42,447 nt of DNA from Candidatus Thorarchaeota archaeon (GTDB lineage Archaea; Asgardarchaeota; Thorarchaeia; Thorarchaeales; Thorarchaeaceae): NCBI GenBank assembly GCA_048884785.1, contig JBHLQM010000025.1:1-42447 (forward strand), given 5' to 3'. The translations under genes and the position numbers were made by a program. Positions 37,243 through 42,447 of this stretch are shown here, one piece after another (position 1 is the first letter of the stretch; each line of letters starts with the position of its first letter). The notes beneath the pieces are model-generated. The model saw only the letters and a list, made by a program, of their open reading frames with translations, had not been told where the DNA came from and did no database searches.

Positions 37243-37440
37243 TCACCAATCTTCTAAAGCCTTCTTCTTGACAAGTGCTAGAAGGCCTACAACGCCAAGA
37301 ATAACAACAATTTCGTAAGCCAAAATAGCAAGAATCCCTTGGCTGCTAAGTGGGTAGAGAAAGCCACCTAGAATGGCAAGTGAAACACAAATAATGCCTG
37401 AAAAAATGATGAGCCACGCTCGACTTAAGACCATACGCAT
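37243..37440 (-). CDS. Small two-TM membrane protein
   Basis: Two hydrophobic stretches, KKK at the C-terminus; fills the gap in a co-directional run. Confidence 0.6.
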   Translation of the reverse strand: MRMVLSRAWLIIFSGIICVSLAILGGFLYPLSSQGILAILAYEIVVILGVVGLLALVKKKALEDW

Positions 37441-37474
37441 GCGCTTGCGCCCATCTACTTAGAGCTTTCGTTTT

Positions 37475-37771
37475 CTATTGCTTCGAAAGTTCTTGGATTA
37501 GAGAGTCAATCTTCAACACCATCATATTATTGTTGCTTGTAACATAGTCCTTGATTTCGTGAACCAGCCTGATCAGATATGTTTGAAGGTTTTGTGGAGA
37601 CCCCTGCAGCGCCTTAAGAGTTGGTTGTGGTTGGTCTAGTAGTCGAAAGACTCCTGTTAGAGCAACAAGCAGCTTTTCAAAAAGAGCTTCTGACTCGCCC
37701 GTGCTTTCTTCAATCTTCTTGGATATTTCATTCAACCGTTCAACAAAGGACACATCAACCACTCTTCTCAT
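37475..37771 (-). CDS. Hypothetical helical protein
   Basis: 98-aa amphipathic helical ORF overlapping the gins stop. Confidence 0.6.
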   Translation of the reverse strand: MRRVVDVSFVERLNEISKKIEESTGESEALFEKLLVALTGVFRLLDQPQPTLKALQGSPQNLQTYLIRLVHEIKDYVTSNNNMMVLKIDSLIQELSKQ

Positions 37772-38396
37772 CAGCTTCTATTTGGGTAGGTACAAATCTC
37801 TCAACAGTTCCATTTCGCAGCCAAGTCTTTGCATTAGCAGTCGGTATTGTGGCAGTATCTCCTTCATCAAACGGACCATGAACAATCTCGTCGAGTCCCA
37901 TAAATGGTTCTTTCACTGGACGTTTGAAAATGACAGTGATGTATTCCAATTCATCTGATTCAGGAGGTTCTTTCTTCGATGGGACTTCCTTCTTCTCTTT
38001 TTTGGATCGTTTCATGGTGGCTACAGGTTTTCCAGCAATTATCTCTTCAACAAAGTTGGAATGGTCTAAGAACCCCCTTTTCACTCTATCATAGAACTCC
38101 TCTTCAGCCAGTGTCAATGATGCAGTCAGCGCTTGTTCGTTAAAGGCGTATCTCAATATCTTGTTTCTTCTTAGCGTTAGAAGATCACGAAGCATGAATT
38201 CAATGTTCAGTCCCTCTTGAGTGAAAAGATCAACCTGAAGCTGATTATTGGAAGGTGTTTCTGCTAATTTCAATCTCACTTCAGACAGATACTTTACCAT
38301 CTTACTCAATTTGAGGTCATCAAGACTTTGAAGTGACTCATTGTCCTTCTCATCCTTCCATGCACGCTTCAGTTCTTCATAACCCAAATCACTCAA
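37755..38396 (-). CDS. gins15: GINS complex subunit, Gins15/Gins51 type (A domain + C-terminal B domain)
   Basis: L..LR..KI, LT..E..FY, F.GLD...GPF..GD.A.IP..NA; TTG 38396 overlaps the priS stop; pcna-priS-gins synteny. Confidence 0.87.
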   Translation of the reverse strand: MSDLGYEELKRAWKDEKDNESLQSLDDLKLSKMVKYLSEVRLKLAETPSNNQLQVDLFTQEGLNIEFMLRDLLTLRRNKILRYAFNEQALTASLTLAEEEFYDRVKRGFLDHSNFVEEIIAGKPVATMKRSKKEKKEVPSKKEPPESDELEYITVIFKRPVKEPFMGLDEIVHGPFDEGDTATIPTANAKTWLRNGTVERFVPTQIEADEKSG

Positions 38397-39846
38397 TACT
38401 TGCAATCCCCTTACATAATAGAAAGACTGCCACAGCCTTTGGCAGCTCCTCTGTAGTATCATTGAAAGGTCCATAAACAGTATCTCTAATTCTAAATTTT
38501 GGAATATCGATTGTTCTCTTTGGAATCTTGACTTTGAAGGGCTCATCTCCGAATACAATTGATTCCTCGAAGGGGTCGAATTCTGTAAGTTCATCTCTTG
38601 ATATCCCTGTTACTGAAAATCCAGTCTTTCCATTCAGACTTCCGATGAGTCGTATCACACGATGCACATCGGTGGTAACTGGAATATCAATATGAGCGCT
38701 GTAGGATAAAGCCGCTTTGTTGGCAATTTCCTGCCAATATTTTGCTCCAACTCCTTTAACTTTGGCACTTAGCAAAGGTGGATTCTTTTTTAGTCCTGCA
38801 ATTGCATCCTGTCTATGAGATATCAATGCCTTTACCCAAGACTCCTTTCCTTCGTAAGACTCAATCGAGTCTATGAATTCTATCATGGCATCAGCAAGTT
38901 TTCTAGCAATCGAAGGAAGCTGCCAGTTGCGAATTCTCCCATCAGATAATGACTCTTCAAACCCATCTCTCTCTAATCTTCCTCTTGATTCCCTTTCTTT
39001 CTCATTTGAAGGTACAATTCTCAGATAGCCATCAGAGGCGATTGTACTGATTAGCCCTATCCCAGATATATAGTGTGCCAGCTCCATTCGTCCATCTGAG
39101 TCAAGAGAAAAAACACTTGGATCCTTTACTCTGACATGGTACCCTCTGTGACCGCTGTAATTCAGTTGAATCTTATCAGAATCAAGTCCAAAATGATCCA
39201 CTAGAAACTTGTCATACAGTTTGATTGTATTGATTCTTGCATCATTCAAGCACTCATCACATACCCACTTTAATGACCAAAAGGAGTTCTCACTGCAATC
39301 TGGACAAGTATCTGGACGCGCCCCAGTACCTGTCTTGCCGCAGTTTGAGTTTGTGCACTGCCAAGAGTCATGTCTTGAGGCACACTCTGAATCAAGGTGG
39401 TCGGCATCAATATCAAATACTAGTTCGGCCCCACTCCATTCCTTTTCTGACATTGTTCTGGCAACAGGAACTTGATAGAATGCTGCTGAATGATATACGC
39501 TATGAGGAACAGATTTGACAAGTTCGTTCAAGAGATCATCTTTTGTACGGAACCCAACATGACGTGACCATCTTGTTGTTTGAAGGCCCGGTGAATTACA
39601 GTTTGGACATGTCTGCAGGTCCGTGAATGACCTACCGCCGCTGCCACACCCTCTCTTTACCTTCCTGCCGTCTTCCAGCTCTTCTGTCCGTTTTCTGCAG
39701 ACCCATCCATAGTCCCAGTTCTCAAGTCCAAATTCTCTATTCTGTACTCTGTCCGGTATATCCACTTTATCTTGATTTGTTCGATAGTACTCTTGAAACA
39801 CCAACTGAAGCAGTTTCCTGTTTCGAACACTTCTATCTTGGGCCAT
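38389..39846 (-). CDS. priS: DNA primase catalytic subunit with extra Zn ribbons
   Basis: REFG, ELVFDIDAD, YSGHRGYH, D..VT.D.HR.IR..GSLNGKTG, GINS-B-like C-terminal domain. Confidence 0.95.
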   Translation of the reverse strand: MAQDRSVRNRKLLQLVFQEYYRTNQDKVDIPDRVQNREFGLENWDYGWVCRKRTEELEDGRKVKRGCGSGGRSFTDLQTCPNCNSPGLQTTRWSRHVGFRTKDDLLNELVKSVPHSVYHSAAFYQVPVARTMSEKEWSGAELVFDIDADHLDSECASRHDSWQCTNSNCGKTGTGARPDTCPDCSENSFWSLKWVCDECLNDARINTIKLYDKFLVDHFGLDSDKIQLNYSGHRGYHVRVKDPSVFSLDSDGRMELAHYISGIGLISTIASDGYLRIVPSNEKERESRGRLERDGFEESLSDGRIRNWQLPSIARKLADAMIEFIDSIESYEGKESWVKALISHRQDAIAGLKKNPPLLSAKVKGVGAKYWQEIANKAALSYSAHIDIPVTTDVHRVIRLIGSLNGKTGFSVTGISRDELTEFDPFEESIVFGDEPFKVKIPKRTIDIPKFRIRDTVYGPFNDTTEELPKAVAVFLLCKGIASIE

Positions 39847-39855
39847 TCGTAGCCC

Positions 39856-40638
39856 TCAATACCTTCTTTCTTCCACAATAGGAGCTAGCAGGAAGCTAAT
39901 CCTACCACTCTCAGCTATTCCAAAATCGATGACCATTGGCTTGTCTGTGCTGAATTGAAGAACAACACTGTCCCCACTCATTGCTTTGGCAATCTCTGAT
40001 AGGTAGCTTAGCGAATACCGCGCCTGAGACTCGGTATCCACTTTCAAATCAAACAGGGCTGATTCATCATCTCCCTTTTTCAGAGAAACTTCAGCCTCTC
40101 CTGTATCACCTTCTCCTTTGAAGACAATTGATTCTGAATTGGCAGCGATTTTGATATGGTTGGAAACCACTCCAATGTCTTTGACTGCTTGCTTAAAGGA
40201 GTCTGCAAACATCTCAGCACGTATATCGTGCGTAAGACTAGGTTTCTTGCTTTTTACTTCTGGGGGAGTAAGAAGCTGAAGACTGAAGCGCCTCTCAGCC
40301 TGGCCCAACATCTTGATCTCAAATCGGTCAAACTGATCTGTTTTCTGGTCTGTTGATTTAATCAGGTTGAATTCCAGTCTGTCATCGCCAGCCATTCTCT
40401 TGCTTATCTTGACAAGTTCGTCAATACCAAGGCATACATAATGCTCTCCTTCACAAACGAATTCCTGAAAGACGCCTGAGGGCAGATTGAGATTTATCAT
40501 TGCCGCCTTTGAGGAGTCAAGCTGATGAAGTGTAATACCACTCTCTGTCACAACAAGGTGTGCTTCTGTTAGCAGCGTTGCCAGAGCGTCTACAATCTGT
40601 TTCCATGTTTTTGTACTATCAAGGGTCGCATGAAGCAT
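39856..40638 (-). CDS. pcn: DNA polymerase sliding clamp PCNA
   Basis: D.S..AM..L.L, F..F, YSL.YL, P....F, FLLAP; ATG 40638 after SD GGAGG. Confidence 0.92.
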   Translation of the reverse strand: MLHATLDSTKTWKQIVDALATLLTEAHLVVTESGITLHQLDSSKAAMINLNLPSGVFQEFVCEGEHYVCLGIDELVKISKRMAGDDRLEFNLIKSTDQKTDQFDRFEIKMLGQAERRFSLQLLTPPEVKSKKPSLTHDIRAEMFADSFKQAVKDIGVVSNHIKIAANSESIVFKGEGDTGEAEVSLKKGDDESALFDLKVDTESQARYSLSYLSEIAKAMSGDSVVLQFSTDKPMVIDFGIAESGRISFLLAPIVEERRY

Positions 40639-41109
40639 GATACATCCTCCAGATTCATCCTGCAAATGCTCGATTAATTTTGCTTGCAAGGTACTATGAA
40701 ACTTGTTCTCTTTTTAAGTGAGTGGAGCCCCTTATAGATTATTCTTCAGGTTCATCAAATTTAAGATGCGGCCATTTTGATTTGCAGATATTTAGAATAT
40801 GCTAAGAGTCGCTATATATCTCAAAGCGAATAACCCTGCTGTATTCTCAGTTAGTTCCTTAAGCTGGGGAATTACATTCTCATCAAAGTCCTGCTTTAGA
40901 TGAATAATTTTCGACTCGCTCGACTACACTGACTACACACCATCTAGTGGAAAATACTCGAAATCTTGGACTGTATCATCAGCTTACGTTAGGATGCAAC
41001 TCCAAGTCAAAGCATATAATTCCGGAGGAGTATACCTTGGATATGACACACAGTACTTCAAGCTGAACGGAGGCGAAGTTCCACCAATAGAATAAAGCAA
41101 GGTGTAAAA

Positions 41110-42288
41110 TTGGAAGTGAAAAAGAATCAATATAGGTTGAAGCGAACCCTCAATAGATATCTCATCGTGATTTTCACGATGGCAATATGTCTTGAGGGTT
41201 TCGTACAACCAACAACCGCAGACAATCCTCCAATCTGGGAAATCACTGAACATCCTTATGTTGATTCAGATGTTACCTTTCGTGATGTAATATTCATCAA
41301 CAGAACTCATGGTTGGGTGGTAGGTATTACTACTGAAGGAATTGGAGGCGGTGTGATACTACACTCAAACAATAGTGGACTGTCTTGGCACGAACAACAT
41401 CATGATGCAGAACAATCATTTCGACAGATTGCTGCAATAGATGACAGATCATTTTGGGTATCTGGATTTGGATGTTTGGTCTACACAACCGATGGTGGAA
41501 AACACTGGTTTAACAGTACTAGGATTGGACCAGGAACATCCGGACTTGGTGGCCTCATCTTTTACAATGTCACTCATGGTTGGACTTCTACATACTCAAA
41601 CTTATACAAGACCTCAGATTCAGGACAAAGCTGGGAAAACGTATCATCATGGATATTTGATGATACTGCAAGAGATTTCCACATCCGGAATTCAGAGATT
41701 TGGGCTATTGGTTTCTATGGGATATATTATAGCAGTGATTTTGGAGGGGAATGGACGCAGCTGTATCCTCAGGGCGGTGGAGCAATGTCCTTTCTAGAAA
41801 CCGGTGAAGCATGGGCCATAGGATCTAGTATGCTGGCATCATCCCTTGACGGGTATACATGGCAGACTCATGAATTGCCGCGTCCATCACCCTTTGGCGG
41901 GTACTATCCCCCATACTTTTCAGCTGTATCCTTCATAGATTCATCCAATGGTTGGCTTGGAAGCATTGAAACACCAATTGTCTATACGCCAAACGGGGGA
42001 TTAGACTGGTATGATCAAGGTGTAGAATTTGATACTGCCATAATGGGACTTGAATTCATCAATCGGACACATGGATGGGCGGTTGGATCGAAAGGTACGA
42101 TTCTAAGAACCACAAAGGGTAACGAAATTGGCACTCGGCTTTGGAAGGGGTTGACAGATTATGTTATACTCGCACCTATTGGATTAGCAATCATAGGGAT
42201 TGTAACAGTTGCCATACTTCGTAAACATCATCGAGGAGAACGATTACCACAATCGATTGAACAGTCGGGTACCATAGGTATTGAATAG
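41110..42288 (+). CDS. Cell-surface BNR/Asp-box beta-propeller (Ycf48-like) with signal peptide and C-terminal TM anchor
   Basis: Repeated T/SxDGGxxW boxes, F.N.THGW.VG blades, hydrophobic N- and C-terminal segments, several N-x-T sequons. Confidence 0.85.
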   Translation: MEVKKNQYRLKRTLNRYLIVIFTMAICLEGFVQPTTADNPPIWEITEHPYVDSDVTFRDVIFINRTHGWVVGITTEGIGGGVILHSNNSGLSWHEQHHDAEQSFRQIAAIDDRSFWVSGFGCLVYTTDGGKHWFNSTRIGPGTSGLGGLIFYNVTHGWTSTYSNLYKTSDSGQSWENVSSWIFDDTARDFHIRNSEIWAIGFYGIYYSSDFGGEWTQLYPQGGGAMSFLETGEAWAIGSSMLASSLDGYTWQTHELPRPSPFGGYYPPYFSAVSFIDSSNGWLGSIETPIVYTPNGGLDWYDQGVEFDTAIMGLEFINRTHGWAVGSKGTILRTTKGNEIGTRLWKGLTDYVILAPIGLAIIGIVTVAILRKHHRGERLPQSIEQSGTIGIE

Positions 42289-42355
42289 ATGTTCTGGTAA
42301 GAGAAGGGCGGAACATAGAAGTTTCTTGCAGTTGAGGTTCACTCACAATCAACTG

Positions 42356-42447
42356 TTAGATTCGGGTCAGAAGCCTTTGCTCTAACTCGAGTGACTGCTT
42401 GTAAAGCTTGACATCGAGTGAATTGACATTGATTGCAGAGAACACTA
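42356..42447 (-). CDS. 3' end of a CDS running in from the window edge (...VFSAINVNSLDVKLYKQSLELEQRLLTRI*)
   Basis: Open frame from the window end to TAA at 42356; too short to identify. Confidence 0.35.
   Translation of the reverse strand, partial: VFSAINVNSLDVKLYKQSLELEQRLLTRI

Noticed and set aside
38397-38594. Long N-terminal extensions on gins (and on the HD, GPN, acd, pcna ORFs)
   Set aside because: Longest-ORF artefacts overlapping neighbours; downstream starts, several with SD motifs, match the family N-termini
41110-42288. Photosystem II assembly factor Ycf48
   Set aside because: A generic Asp-box propeller fold with archaeal surface-protein topology; no photosynthesis genes
1-42447. 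CRISPR array, IS element, integrase or tRNA-derived att site
   Set aside because: No regularly spaced repeats, transposase/integrase motifs or duplicated tRNA 3' ends were noticed by eye

Overview
Gene-dense archaeal chromosomal window, most consistent with an Asgard archaeon (Thorarchaeia-like; inferred from S30e, roadblock/small-GTPase genes and overall gene content). Most of it is housekeeping: intron-containing tRNA-Pro(GGG), tRNA-Ser(TGA), a stand-alone 5S rRNA, RNA-processing genes (thpR, trm11, nop5, fibrillarin, elp3, archease, SPOUT), pyrG/pyrD/pyrK, nurA-herA, rnhB, pcna-priS-gins15, thiolase and acyl-CoA dehydrogenase. An S30e gene missed by the ORF track is added. Two loci stand out. 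(1) 7013-9470: a three-gene operon encoding a single-chain tandem Roadblock protein, an unannotated protein resembling the folliculin/cDENN core without its longin domain, and an MglA-type small GTPase; this is a candidate proto-eukaryotic GTPase switch. (2) 28760-37154: an hdrC-hdrB-hdrA'-hdrA''/mvhD operon with no hydrogenase. Its two HdrA paralogs look complementary and appear to lack the Lys/Glu pair of bifurcating flavins, and it ends in a 754-aa protein with duplicated winged helices and a 2x[4Fe-4S] ferredoxin, followed by acyl-CoA dehydrogenase. No CRISPR array or mobile element was seen. All family calls are by motif recognition, not database search.
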